From positions 32,001 to 96,000 of the IMG/VR virus record IMGVR_UViG_3300024255_000011: DNA of 64,000 bases; one strand, written 5' to 3'. The translations under genes and the position numbers were made by a program. Below are positions 1 through 8,686 of the stretch, one piece after another. Positions within the stretch are counted from its first letter, which is position 1; every line of letters starts with the position of its first letter. Below the pieces are notes generated by a model. It searched no databases, was not told the DNA's origin, and saw nothing but the letters and a program-made list of their open reading frames with translations. This DNA comes from a virus.

Positions 1-1
1 C

Positions 2-643
2 ATCACCACTCAACATCAGATCAAAATTCATTCTGTAGTATTCAGTGGTTCTTTGTGCCTCATCCACATCATCATAACCAGTGGTGAAGGTTTCACCTGA
101 GTACTCAAACTTCTCACACTGAATTTCAAACACATACCCTCTCCCTAACTGGAAGAATGGTTGATCAAACAACACATATTTAATTTCAAAAATGGTGTTA
201 TCAAAAGGAAGGAAGATTAGATCTCCCTCTTTAGGTCTGGAATCAATCTCACCCTTTAGTGGATCAAGTGCAGATCCTGGCGGTTCTTCATTGATATCAT
301 TGTAATAAGATTTAAGATAAGGAGAATAGTAAGTTGTGAATTCTGATCTTGACATCACAAATGTAACTTCATCAGAACTCCTCACACCAAATTTGGTTAG
401 AACTTCCATTCCATTATCAAATCCATCCACTGTTTTCAAATACATTGGAATGGGCATTGCAAATTCAAAAGCATTCTTACTGCTCTCATGTAGCAACTTA
501 TCTAAGTTCAGGTGCCTTCTTGGCATGTAAAGAATGTCAAGACCATACATCTTGATCTGTTCCCTTACCAAGTCATCAATTAATGATTGCTCACTGGTTT
601 GACCTGGATAAGTGCTGTTAAAATATGGATTTGTGTAGGGCAT
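2..643 (-). CDS. gp14: Neck protein gp14 (partial; 3' end runs off the window)
   Basis: Not in the ORF track; translated by hand from ATG at 643 (TAATG overlap with gp13 stop): MPYTNPYFNSTYPGQTSEQSLIDDLVREQIKMYGLDILYMPR...LTKFGVRSSDEVTFVMSR...RPKEGDLIFLPFDNTIFEIKYVLFDQPFFQLGRGYVFEIQCEKFEYSGE. These are typical gp14 motifs, and the gene follows gp13. Confidence 0.95.
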   Translation of the reverse strand, partial: MPYTNPYFNSTYPGQTSEQSLIDDLVREQIKMYGLDILYMPRRHLNLDKLLHESSKNAFEFAMPIPMYLKTVDGFDNGMEVLTKFGVRSSDEVTFVMSRSEFTTYYSPYLKSYYNDINEEPPGSALDPLKGEIDSRPKEGDLIFLPFDNTIFEIKYVLFDQPFFQLGRGYVFEIQCEKFEYSGETFTTGYDDVDEAQRTTEYYRMNFDLMLSGD

Positions 644-1863
644 TATCCTACCTCATCCAAACAGGGGTCAGCCCAATCCATAGCGAATCTTGTTCTAATG
701 GTTTCTAATTCTTGCTGGGCATCTTGGAGAATCCTATCACCATTAATAACAATACCACCAGGTAATTGAACCTGATTATATTTTGTTAAGTTTCTCCCCC
801 ATTGAGCTTTCACCAAAGCGTAACTAAACTCTTTGAGCCACATATCATTCCACAAATCAGGATACACATCAGGTGAAGGTTTCACCATAGTTTCTAAAAC
901 AATTGTATCTCCTACGCTTCCTAAGTTGCCATCAATGTGTAAGTGATGGGTTCTCTGATTAAAGTTATACATCCTTGGTGGATTGAACATAAAGTTAATC
1001 AATGAAAGATAACCCTGCATCACCCAGAAGTGAGACAATCCAAATCCAGAAGAGTCACAATTACCTCCACCCATTCCACCCATTAACATTGGGAACAATG
1101 AACCTGGTGGGATCATTCCTCCACCAATGCCTGAACTTCCAGTTAGAACTTTAGTGACTCCCACAACATCATCAGGGAGGACAAAAAAGTTTCTCTGTTG
1201 TCTGATTGGTTGGGATCCCCAAGTTGGAGCAGAGGTCTTAACTTTAGTAACCTGGAAGACTGCGTCATTATTACCACCATTGATTGTGATGTAATCTCCA
1301 ACCTGGTAACCCACCCCAGTATAATGAACACCCACATTTATGATGCCACAGGTAGTGGTCCTGTCTGGATACACCTTCAGAGTTAACCCTGTGCCCTGTC
1401 CAGAGGTGGTTGAACCCACTCCAATGGTGTTACCATCAGGAGTTGTCTCTAACTCTCCCCACGTGTAATCTACCTTATTGTTTTCTTCAGTGTGAATATC
1501 AGGTTGCTTAGATGTGGTTCTTGCACTAACAAGTTTATCTGATGTGGGATATCCAGTTCCAGGTTGTGCAAGGGTGAGTTCCTCAACCATACCTTGAGCA
1601 CAGGTTTGACCAGAGGCTTCTTGATCAACATAATCTACCTCATAACTTCTCCAGTTATTAAGGAATTCATTAGTAATAGTTGTTGATAGATATGCTCTCT
1701 CCACTCCATTGAAATGATTTCGCTCATTGAAGAACTGAAATGCATCCTCAATGGCTACATCCATCTGCTCATCAGCTACATTGATTTCAAGTACAGGCGC
1801 ACCTAACTTGGTAAGGATATGTTTTTTGAACTCTTGGCGGTTCTGAGGTCTTGCTACACTCAT
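643..1863 (-). CDS. gp13: Neck protein gp13 with an internal beta-rich insertion
   Basis: N-terminal 'RQEFKKHILTKLGAPVLEINVADEQM' and C-terminal 'WLKEFSYALVKAQWGRNLTKYNQVQLPGGIVINGDRI' are gp13 hallmarks; lies next to gp14. Confidence 0.95.
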   Translation of the reverse strand: MSVARPQNRQEFKKHILTKLGAPVLEINVADEQMDVAIEDAFQFFNERNHFNGVERAYLSTTITNEFLNNWRSYEVDYVDQEASGQTCAQGMVEELTLAQPGTGYPTSDKLVSARTTSKQPDIHTEENNKVDYTWGELETTPDGNTIGVGSTTSGQGTGLTLKVYPDRTTTCGIINVGVHYTGVGYQVGDYITINGGNNDAVFQVTKVKTSAPTWGSQPIRQQRNFFVLPDDVVGVTKVLTGSSGIGGGMIPPGSLFPMLMGGMGGGNCDSSGFGLSHFWVMQGYLSLINFMFNPPRMYNFNQRTHHLHIDGNLGSVGDTIVLETMVKPSPDVYPDLWNDMWLKEFSYALVKAQWGRNLTKYNQVQLPGGIVINGDRILQDAQQELETIRTRFAMDWADPCLDEVG

Positions 1864-1881
1864 CTTCCAGCTGCTTTCTTT

Positions 1882-1888
1882 TATTTAG
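1882..1888 (-). promoter_or_regulatory. T4-type late promoter (CTAAATA) for gp13/gp14
   Basis: TAAATA core about 20 nt upstream of the gp13 ATG; the same motif recurs before most genes. Confidence 0.7.
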
Positions 1889-1896
1889 AATGCATT

Positions 1897-1920
1897 AAAA
1901 AAGGAGACCCGAAGGTCTCC
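1897..1920 (-). terminator. Intrinsic terminator with C(UUCG)G tetraloop
   Basis: Minus strand GGAGACC-TTCG-GGTCTCC-TTTTTT, downstream of the 305-aa ORF. Confidence 0.9.
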
Positions 1921-1942
1921 AGTAAAGTTATTTACTTTATAA

Positions 1943-2860
1943 TCAACCGCCAGCAGAGTTGTTTGCGGTAAGAGAAGCACTGATAACTGCTTCAAGTCTA
2001 ACAGCCAATTCTTCTACAGTCTCACCTACAACCACATTAGCCAATTCAGCTGCGAGTTGAGTGAGAGTCAGTCTGTAATCATCATTGGTTGCACTTGCTT
2101 TACCCAGAGCACTGTTGGCTGTGGTCTGAGCTTGACCCACATCAGTTTGAAGTGTTGCAATGTCATCTTCGTTAGTTGCAACTCTTGTAGTAAGACCTAC
2201 TACGTCATTTGACAATCCAGTGATATCATCATTGATACCATTAACACCATTTACAGCTGTCTCAAGATCAGTGATTCTGTTTTCGTGACCATTAACCTGA
2301 GTACCAAGGGCCGCAAATTCTCCAGTAATGTGAGTGTTGAGTTGCTGTCCAACATTAGCAATTGCTGCAGTGTTCTGAGCGATTGATGCAGTGTTAGTAG
2401 TACCTACACCGATAACATTGGTTACTTGAGATTCAATCTTTTGAAGAACCTGAAGGTTATTTCTGTTGATGCCATCGTTGAGGAAGGATCCTACAGCGAA
2501 GTCACCCGTGAAATAATTTGAACGACCTTTGGGTACACCAGTAAGTGCAACCAAGTTCACGATGTCAGTTGCATTCTGAGCGATGCCTGCTTCGTGATCT
2601 GCTTCAGTTTCAGCAATTAGATCGTTTACTTCTTGCTTGGTGTAAAGATTAGTATTGGCACTGGTTACTTCAACACTCACTTCACCAGTGAATCTGACAC
2701 TACCATTAAAGGTCAAGTTGTCATCAGTGATTCCACTGACGAGCTCTGTGTAGCTAAGTCTGGACGTTGTCTGGTTCTCATCATTAACAATAAACTGATC
2801 AAGACCAGTAAGTCTGTCAGCAGTTAGAACCGGAAGATTTGAAATCTTAATGCTTGCCAT
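1943..2860 (-). CDS. Coiled-coil fibre protein (whisker/fibritin-like position) with N-terminal IKISxLP domain
   Basis: MASIKISNLP...DQFIVND...TSRLSY N-terminus and long heptad stretches; paralogous to 2909..4141 (shared YxKQEV and HExRITDLET motifs); immediately upstream of gp13, where T4 has wac. Confidence 0.7.
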   Translation of the reverse strand: MASIKISNLPVLTADRLTGLDQFIVNDENQTTSRLSYTELVSGITDDNLTFNGSVRFTGEVSVEVTSANTNLYTKQEVNDLIAETEADHEAGIAQNATDIVNLVALTGVPKGRSNYFTGDFAVGSFLNDGINRNNLQVLQKIESQVTNVIGVGTTNTASIAQNTAAIANVGQQLNTHITGEFAALGTQVNGHENRITDLETAVNGVNGINDDITGLSNDVVGLTTRVATNEDDIATLQTDVGQAQTTANSALGKASATNDDYRLTLTQLAAELANVVVGETVEELAVRLEAVISASLTANNSAGG

Positions 2861-2886
2861 TGTTTTGTTGGAAGTTTACTTTTACT

Positions 2887-2893
2887 TATTTAT
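2887..2893 (-). promoter_or_regulatory. Late promoter (ATAAATA)
   Basis: Intergenic, about 27 nt upstream of the ATG at 2860. Confidence 0.7.
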
Positions 2894-2908
2894 TGTTTAG
2901 TTGGTTTA

Positions 2909-4141
2909 TTATGCACTAAACATGTTAGTTCTGATCAGTCCATCAGAAAGTTGACCAGTTGGACTTTGAACATAAGTCCCACCAATGGATACACCATTAG
3001 CCGCGGCGTCAGTTTCAGTGATGTACGCTCTGGGATATCCCAAGAGTTGGAATATAAATGTTCTGTCATACAAAGCTGGGTTGTCATCATTGAAACTTAG
3101 GATTCGTTCATACCTACCAGCTGCAGATACATACCCTGCGTTTTGAGTGGCAGAGTAAGCGAACTCACCTAGATTGTAATCGAAATCCGTTAATCCAGGG
3201 AAATCAGTCTTATCATTATAATAAACTGGAACTCTGTTTGCTACAAGTGGGGGAGCTGTAATTTTAGTAGTGAATACTGGATTATCAATTGGTGCCTTAG
3301 TATCAACCTCAGTTACAATTTCTTGTAGCACCTTTTTAGTTGGTTGATTATCCTGAACAAATCCAGTGCCAGTAAAAGCACCCATGTCCTGTGACAATGT
3401 AGGCATTCCACTCTGAATAATCAGAGCGTTAACCTTATCACTATTAGTAGTAGAAAGAGTTTCTAAGTCAGTGATTCTGACTTCATGATTATCAACATCA
3501 GTTCTAAGGTTAAAGATTTGGAGTTCGTGTTGATTGATTCTGACCTCATGGTCCACAGTCAGCAGTTGTAACTCATTAACATCTTTAACAAGACCACTGG
3601 TTACATCACCAACTGTTACTTCTAGTTGCTCAACCCTGAAAGTCAAACTTGAAAGTTCCCCTTCCAAATCATTGATGCTATCTGAACTCCCTCCAATAAG
3701 AGTTCTGTTATCACTACAGTAAAGTTCTAAGTCAGTTAGTGCAGCTCTGGTGGTTGCTTCAGTTCTAATGATTCCCTTAGGAAAATCTCTGAAGTAAATT
3801 GACTTTTCAGTTTCTCCAGTCAATTCAATGAGAGGTACAATCCTTTCGTCTTGGAAAGTGTCGTAATCTTCCAACTGAGAAACGATATTATCTACTTCTT
3901 GTTTGTTGTAAGTTTCATCTTTGTTATAGAAATCACCTGTTACATTATCACCAAGATTCACAGAACCATTGAATTGAATGTCTCCACTGAATTCAATGTC
4001 TCTTTCACCAATCCCTAAAACAATTTGCCTAAAACTTACCTTGGAAGTAGTGATGTCACCGTCATTAACGATGTAATAATCATCATCTGTGATTCTATCT
4101 ACCTTGATTTCAGGCAGAGAACTAATCCTTATGGTAGCCAT
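2909..4141 (-). CDS. Coiled-coil fibre protein with N-terminal IRISxLP domain
   Basis: MATIRISSLPEI...DYYIVND...TSKVSF, heptad repeats, the fibre motif KAPIDNPVFT, and a C-terminal 'AAANGVSIGGTY' cap. Confidence 0.7.
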   Translation of the reverse strand: MATIRISSLPEIKVDRITDDDYYIVNDGDITTSKVSFRQIVLGIGERDIEFSGDIQFNGSVNLGDNVTGDFYNKDETYNKQEVDNIVSQLEDYDTFQDERIVPLIELTGETEKSIYFRDFPKGIIRTEATTRAALTDLELYCSDNRTLIGGSSDSINDLEGELSSLTFRVEQLEVTVGDVTSGLVKDVNELQLLTVDHEVRINQHELQIFNLRTDVDNHEVRITDLETLSTTNSDKVNALIIQSGMPTLSQDMGAFTGTGFVQDNQPTKKVLQEIVTEVDTKAPIDNPVFTTKITAPPLVANRVPVYYNDKTDFPGLTDFDYNLGEFAYSATQNAGYVSAAGRYERILSFNDDNPALYDRTFIFQLLGYPRAYITETDAAANGVSIGGTYVQSPTGQLSDGLIRTNMFSA

Positions 4142-4159
4142 CTGTTTATGCTTTGGAGT

Positions 4160-4167
4160 TATTTATA
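4160..4167 (-). promoter_or_regulatory. Late promoter, perfect T4 consensus TATAAATA
   Basis: Exact consensus 19 nt upstream of the ATG at 4141, fused to the U-tract of the upstream terminator. Confidence 0.85.
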
Positions 4168-4207
4168 AAAAAAGGAGGGATCCCTGGTTTTTGCCAGGGC
4201 CCTCCTT
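4167..4207 (-). terminator. Intrinsic terminator after the 914-aa fibre gene
   Basis: Minus strand AAGGAGGG-CCCTGG-CAAAAA-CCAGGG-AT-CCCTCCTT followed by a T run. Confidence 0.85.
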
Positions 4208-4238
4208 GCGACGACTGATTAGGGGGTAGCCATCTTAT

Positions 4239-6983
4239 TTAGAGGGCAGCCACTCTAGACTGGAAGTCTGCGAAGTCAGAAGAGGCGGCAACCACAGCCT
4301 GGAAGGCGGTGAGTGTAATCGTCTCAGATGCCAACTTAGCATCCAACTGAGTCTGGATGTTAGAAGTAACACCATCAACATAATTCAGTTCTTCAGGTGT
4401 TGCAGTAACAGCTGTGTTGCTGTCTGCAGCCAGGACAGGAAGACAACCAGACTGATTAGGCAGTTTGATTGTTCTGTCGGCGTCAGGATCAACAATGGTC
4501 AGTGTGGTCTCATTGCTGTCAGCAGTAGCACCTTCGAATACGATGGCGTTAGACGCCTGCATCGTCACAGTGTCAACTGTGGTGGTGGTTCCCTGAACAA
4601 CCAGATCAACACAAGTCAGTTGGTTGATACCAGAGATAGACTTACCAGCATCCAAGACCATAGCCTTAGAAGCTTCAGCTGTACCAACAGCTGCAACGTC
4701 TGTGTAGTTGAGCTCAGCAGTGGTGGCGGTTACTCCATCCAACAGGTTGAGTTCAGTTGCAGTTGAGGTAACACCATCAAGGATGTTAAGTTCTGCTGCA
4801 GTTGAGGTAACACCGTCAAGGATGTTGAGTTCAGCTGCAGTTGAAGTAACAGCAGTTGAACCAAGGGTAAGTGTTCCACCAACAACCAGGTTAGTAGAGA
4901 AGTGGCCATCACCACCAACGTCCAGGGTGTAGTCTGGATCAGTCATGTTGATGGCGAACCTCTGTCTCTCATCAAAGTGAGCGACAACTTGTCCGTTTGC
5001 CAGAACTGTCAGAACTTCTTTGCTGGAGCTGACGTAAGAAGGTGAGATCTTCCACACCACGTTCATATCAGAGTGGTCTGCTCTGCTCAGAATCAGAGAC
5101 ACTGCAGAACCATCACTCTTTCTAAGAGTAAGATCACCTGTCAGAACACCACCAAGTTTTGACAATCTCGACTCAGTGTCAGTCTCCAGTTCTTGGAGAA
5201 GAGCACGGACTGTGGTGTTGTCACTAAGTGTAGAACCAGTAAAGGTTCCCATCGCAGTAGCACTCTCAGCAGATGTACCGAGAGCGGTATAGATGTTGGT
5301 ACGAGCGGTATCGATTTCAGTTTCCACTGAATCAATACGAACACCCAGAGCAGCGTCAGCTGCATCAGCGTCCGTCTCATTCTGATCCACATCAGCCTGT
5401 ACGACAGCAACAGCTGCCAACATTGCTGTGTTCTCAGCGGCAATAGCGGCGTCAGCGTCCGTCTCATTCTGATCAACATCAGCCTGTACGACAGCAACAG
5501 CTGCCAACATTGCTGTGTTCTCTGCTGTTACCAGACCAGCTGCAGTAACTTCGTTGGCATCAACATCTGCTTGCACAGCTGCGATGGCAGCGTCTGCGTC
5601 AATCTCGTTCTGGTTTACATCAGACTGGACAGCAGCGATGCTGTTAGTGATGGTAGTGGAGAAGTTAGCGTCATCACCAATAGCGGCGGCCAACTCATTC
5701 AGAGTGTCAAGAGCACCTGGTGAGGAATCAATCAGGTTAGCAACTGCAGTATCCACATAAGCAGTGGTTGCAATCTGGGTAGTACCAGCACCCTGTGAAG
5801 CTGTGGGTGATGTAGGTGTTCCTGTAAGAGCAGGAGAAGCAAGAGGTGCTTTCAGTGCCAGTGAGGCAATAGAGGCTGCTTCGTTAGCATCCACATCAGA
5901 CTGAACTGCTGCAATGGCAGCGTCTGCATCTGATTCATTCTGATCCACATCTGCCTGAACAGCTGCCACAGCTGCAGTACGAGCAGTAGTTTCTGCTGCA
6001 ATAGCTACATCAGCGTCGGATTCATTCTGATCTACATCAGCCTGGATGGCGTTACGAGCAGCCAGTGCGGCGGCTTCGTTAGCATCTACGTCTGCTTGAA
6101 CTGCGGCAATCGCAGTGTCGGCATCGGCTTCGTTCTGATCTACATCTGCTTGCACAGCAGCAACTGCGGTGGCAGTTGTGGGGTCAGCTTCCAGTGTGTT
6201 CAGACGACCGTCGTAGGCGTTGATGTTGGTGAAGCTAGTCAGAATGACACCAGCACCATCAATAACGTCCGTTTGGTTGTCGAGCAGGAGGTCTCCCTCG
6301 ATTTCTACACGACCACCTGCAGCAGGGTGAATTGCGATGTTGTTTCCAACTTCGATACTCGTTCCACGAACAGCGTTCTTGACACTGGTGATGTTGGACT
6401 GAATGTCGACAACCGCTTTGCGGGCGACCTCGTTGGCGTCAACATCTGCCTGGACAGCTGCGATAGCAATGTCGGCATCTGATTCGTTCTGATCTACATC
6501 AGCCTGAACTGCTGCAATAGCTGCATCAGCATCTGATTCATTCTGATCTACATCAGCCTGAATTGCATTCTCAGCAGCAACTGCACGACCAGACTCAGCG
6601 TTGATGAGTGCTGTGTTAGCAGCTGTAGATGCGGCAGCGTCAGTGAAATAGTTGGGGTTGTCATTCAGTGCATCACTGATTTCCCCAAGTGTGTCGAGAA
6701 CTTCAGGAGCGTCACCCACAAGGGCTCCGATCTGAGCATCGATGTAAGCTCTGGTCGCTGCGTCAGCGAGGTCCAGAGAGGATGTGGACTCGTTATAAAC
6801 AAGGAGTCCCTGGTCACCTGTCAAACAGGCGTTGAGTTTCCCTGCAACAGGGGCCCAGGAAGAGTCTGCGAGTGCAGCGTCTGCCTCTGCCTTGGTTGCA
6901 AAGAATCGATTGATGTAATTATACTCGTCACCGGCACCTTTCAAAGCAAGGTTAGAGGTGGAGAGTTGCGTAAGTGTTGCCAT
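4239..6983 (-). CDS. Long Ala-rich fibre protein
   Basis: Tail-fibre motifs (APEVLDTLGEISDALNDNPN; KAPLASPALTGTPTSPT...QIATTAYV...PGALDTLNELAAAIGDDANF), many 18-aa AVQADVDQNESDADAAIA coiled-coil repeats and 13-aa VTSTAAELNILDG repeats. Confidence 0.85.
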   Translation of the reverse strand: MATLTQLSTSNLALKGAGDEYNYINRFFATKAEADAALADSSWAPVAGKLNACLTGDQGLLVYNESTSSLDLADAATRAYIDAQIGALVGDAPEVLDTLGEISDALNDNPNYFTDAAASTAANTALINAESGRAVAAENAIQADVDQNESDADAAIAAVQADVDQNESDADIAIAAVQADVDANEVARKAVVDIQSNITSVKNAVRGTSIEVGNNIAIHPAAGGRVEIEGDLLLDNQTDVIDGAGVILTSFTNINAYDGRLNTLEADPTTATAVAAVQADVDQNEADADTAIAAVQADVDANEAAALAARNAIQADVDQNESDADVAIAAETTARTAAVAAVQADVDQNESDADAAIAAVQSDVDANEAASIASLALKAPLASPALTGTPTSPTASQGAGTTQIATTAYVDTAVANLIDSSPGALDTLNELAAAIGDDANFSTTITNSIAAVQSDVNQNEIDADAAIAAVQADVDANEVTAAGLVTAENTAMLAAVAVVQADVDQNETDADAAIAAENTAMLAAVAVVQADVDQNETDADAADAALGVRIDSVETEIDTARTNIYTALGTSAESATAMGTFTGSTLSDNTTVRALLQELETDTESRLSKLGGVLTGDLTLRKSDGSAVSLILSRADHSDMNVVWKISPSYVSSSKEVLTVLANGQVVAHFDERQRFAINMTDPDYTLDVGGDGHFSTNLVVGGTLTLGSTAVTSTAAELNILDGVTSTAAELNILDGVTSTATELNLLDGVTATTAELNYTDVAAVGTAEASKAMVLDAGKSISGINQLTCVDLVVQGTTTTVDTVTMQASNAIVFEGATADSNETTLTIVDPDADRTIKLPNQSGCLPVLAADSNTAVTATPEELNYVDGVTSNIQTQLDAKLASETITLTAFQAVVAASSDFADFQSRVAAL
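4700..4860 (-). repeat. Four tandem 39-bp / 13-aa repeats (VTSTAAELNILDG)
   Basis: Visible in both protein and DNA. Confidence 0.9.
5365..5522. repeat. Near-perfect 71-bp direct repeat with an 87-bp (29-aa) period
   Basis: 5365-5435 and 5452-5522 differ at one position; encodes ENTAMLAAVAVVQADVDQNETDAD twice. Confidence 0.85.
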
Positions 6984-7769
6984 TTAGCCTCCGAAAAGTG
7001 TGTCGGCGTAGAGATAACCTTCGGCCAAACTGGCCTCCAGATTCCTTGCCTCAATGTGTGCAATGTAATCAGTCAATTGAGACTGAAGATTTGTGATGAT
7101 TTGTGGGTCATCTCCCAGTGCCTGTGCCAACTCATCAATAGAGTTAAGAGTTTCAGGTGCAATGTCAATGTCAAGGTTACCGATAGTCGTCTGCAAAGCA
7201 GAGATGTCAGTTGCATTCTGTGTGACATTATCAGACAACGACCCAAGGGAGGTTGTAAGACTCTGATTAACAGCGTCCACTGCTGCCTGGGTAGTTGGAT
7301 CGACTTCAAGAGCGGAAACTCTTGTGTTAATGTCTGTGATGAGATTGGGGTTATCACCCATCGCATCTGCTAACTCACTTAAGGAGTCGAGAGTGTCAGG
7401 TGCTCCACCAATGACCTCTGAAACCTTAGTGTCAACATAGGTTTTGGTGACTGGATCAATTTCCAGTACATCAATCCTGTCACTAAGTGCAGTGTCTCCT
7501 ATATTAAATGACGAAGTATTACCATCTATAGATGCCCGTAAGGCAACTCTAACGGTTTCAATAAGGGTTTCTGCATCTGTTCTGTTCTGAGAAACAATGC
7601 TTTCGAGACTTGACAGTGCACTTGCCGTGTCCGTAATAACATTAGACTTCAGGTTGTTATAACTAATCTTTCGAGATGTTCCTGTTTCCATGTCTGAGAC
7701 AAGGAACAGATCAACATCCGTAAGATCGGTTAGTGAGTTTAGCTCACTAATCTTTATGGATGCTGCCAT
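6984..7769 (-). CDS. Short fibre protein with N-terminal IKISEL domain
   Basis: MAASIKISELNSL...DLFLVSD...SRKISY; two 'APxTLxSxxELAxAxGDxP' fibre repeats; its stop codon abuts the next ATG in frame. Confidence 0.8.
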   Translation of the reverse strand: MAASIKISELNSLTDLTDVDLFLVSDMETGTSRKISYNNLKSNVITDTASALSSLESIVSQNRTDAETLIETVRVALRASIDGNTSSFNIGDTALSDRIDVLEIDPVTKTYVDTKVSEVIGGAPDTLDSLSELADAMGDNPNLITDINTRVSALEVDPTTQAAVDAVNQSLTTSLGSLSDNVTQNATDISALQTTIGNLDIDIAPETLNSIDELAQALGDDPQIITNLQSQLTDYIAHIEARNLEASLAEGYLYADTLFGG

Positions 7770-7827
7770 AGTTTTTTCTGAAGAACGTTCTTCACTCCAC
7801 TTTCAATGATGTATTATTATCTTTAGG

Positions 7828-7834
7828 TATTTAG
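7828..7834 (-). promoter_or_regulatory. Late promoter (CTAAATA)
   Basis: Intergenic, upstream of the ATG at 7769. Confidence 0.55.
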
Positions 7835-7848
7835 GTTTTATGGGGTGC

Positions 7849-7877
7849 TTTACACACTACCTTATTAATGTTATACT
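7849..7877 (+). promoter_or_regulatory. Sigma70-like early promoter
   Basis: TTTACA (7849-7854), 17-bp spacer, TATACT (7872-7877) preceded by an extended -10 TGn. Confidence 0.75.
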
Positions 7878-7917
7878 TGTAGTGTCAACAACAAATGGGA
7901 TAACTAGCTTAGCTACC

Positions 7918-7924
7918 ATAAATA
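7918..7924 (+). promoter_or_regulatory. Plus-strand late promoter (ATAAATA)
   Basis: 24 nt upstream of the ATG at 7949. Confidence 0.65.
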
Positions 7925-7948
7925 CATCACTGACACTCATCTCTCGTT

Positions 7949-8161
7949 ATGGCTATACCTAAAGGTACTAAGAGGTACCAACACTTACAAACAAAAGAGG
8001 TTAGATATTTTCGTAATCCCCCTAATCTAAATGCATGGGAAAAGATTGGAACACCAGGATCCAAGAATTGGAGATGGGTCAATAACAATTCACAAGAAAA
8101 ATATATCAGCTCGAATGACCCTATCCCTGAGGGATATTCATTGGGTCGTATGAAGGGCTAA
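7949..8161 (+). CDS. Small basic protein resembling the C-terminal DNA-binding modules of phage homing endonucleases; no nuclease domain
   Basis: 'WRWVNNNSQEKYI...IPEGYSLGR' plus a related N-terminal half-repeat. It fills the only large intergenic gap and has its own promoters. Confidence 0.7.
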   Translation: MAIPKGTKRYQHLQTKEVRYFRNPPNLNAWEKIGTPGSKNWRWVNNNSQEKYISSNDPIPEGYSLGRMKG

Positions 8162-8686
8162 TTAATCGTACTGTTCTACTTCAATGGGTACGTTACGATG
8201 TTCTAGAATAAACAACTCATTAGATTCTGAGTATATATTGGCTAGAGTATCAGAAGATTCAATGAAGTCTGTATTGTCTTCAGGTATGATTGACATACCA
8301 AATTCTTCAGTAGTAAGTTTAAAGGAAACCCCATCTTGTCTTAATTCAAAGAATAGATCTACTTCATCAACAACAAAACCAGTAGTGTAAGAAACACCCG
8401 TATCATATACGGTAGAGTCATGTTGATATGGATATACAGGCCTTATTGTGTTATCAACATACCTTGCTTCCCATAGCATATTCTCATAATCACTACACAA
8501 AAAAGTGGCGGTTGGACCAGGGTATCCATCAGTCCTTGTAAAGTTAACTGGATTGCAATCTACATCATTTGAGTTATAGTCACCACACCAGTCATCATAA
8601 GTGTTACCATAAGCGTCTGTTCTATTGACACTGATTGGTTGTGGTGAGACGGGATTGCCATCAACGTCGCGTTTTACGTAAGCCAT
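8162..8686 (-). CDS. Acidic virion structural/hypothetical protein
   Basis: N-terminal 'YVKRDVDGNPVSPQP' motif repeated internally (DVDCNPV); C-terminal acidic 'LTTEE/IESSD/IYSESNELFILE' motifs; TAATG overlap with the upstream gene. Confidence 0.7.
   Translation of the reverse strand: MAYVKRDVDGNPVSPQPISVNRTDAYGNTYDDWCGDYNSNDVDCNPVNFTRTDGYPGPTATFLCSDYENMLWEARYVDNTIRPVYPYQHDSTVYDTGVSYTTGFVVDEVDLFFELRQDGVSFKLTTEEFGMSIIPEDNTDFIESSDTLANIYSESNELFILEHRNVPIEVEQYD

Noticed and set aside
1921-1936. AGTAAA-gtta-TTTACT palindrome containing TAAATA just upstream of the terminator, as a possible small-RNA promoter
   Set aside because: A short AT-rich inverted repeat could easily arise by chance, and there is no other support.
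5365-6580. Recurring tctgatc(t/c)acatc(a/t)gc motif as a possible CRISPR array or DGR template/variable repeat
   Set aside because: The repeats are in-frame protein repeats with synonymous variation. There are no unique spacers, no adenine-specific mismatch pattern, and no cas or reverse transcriptase gene in the window.
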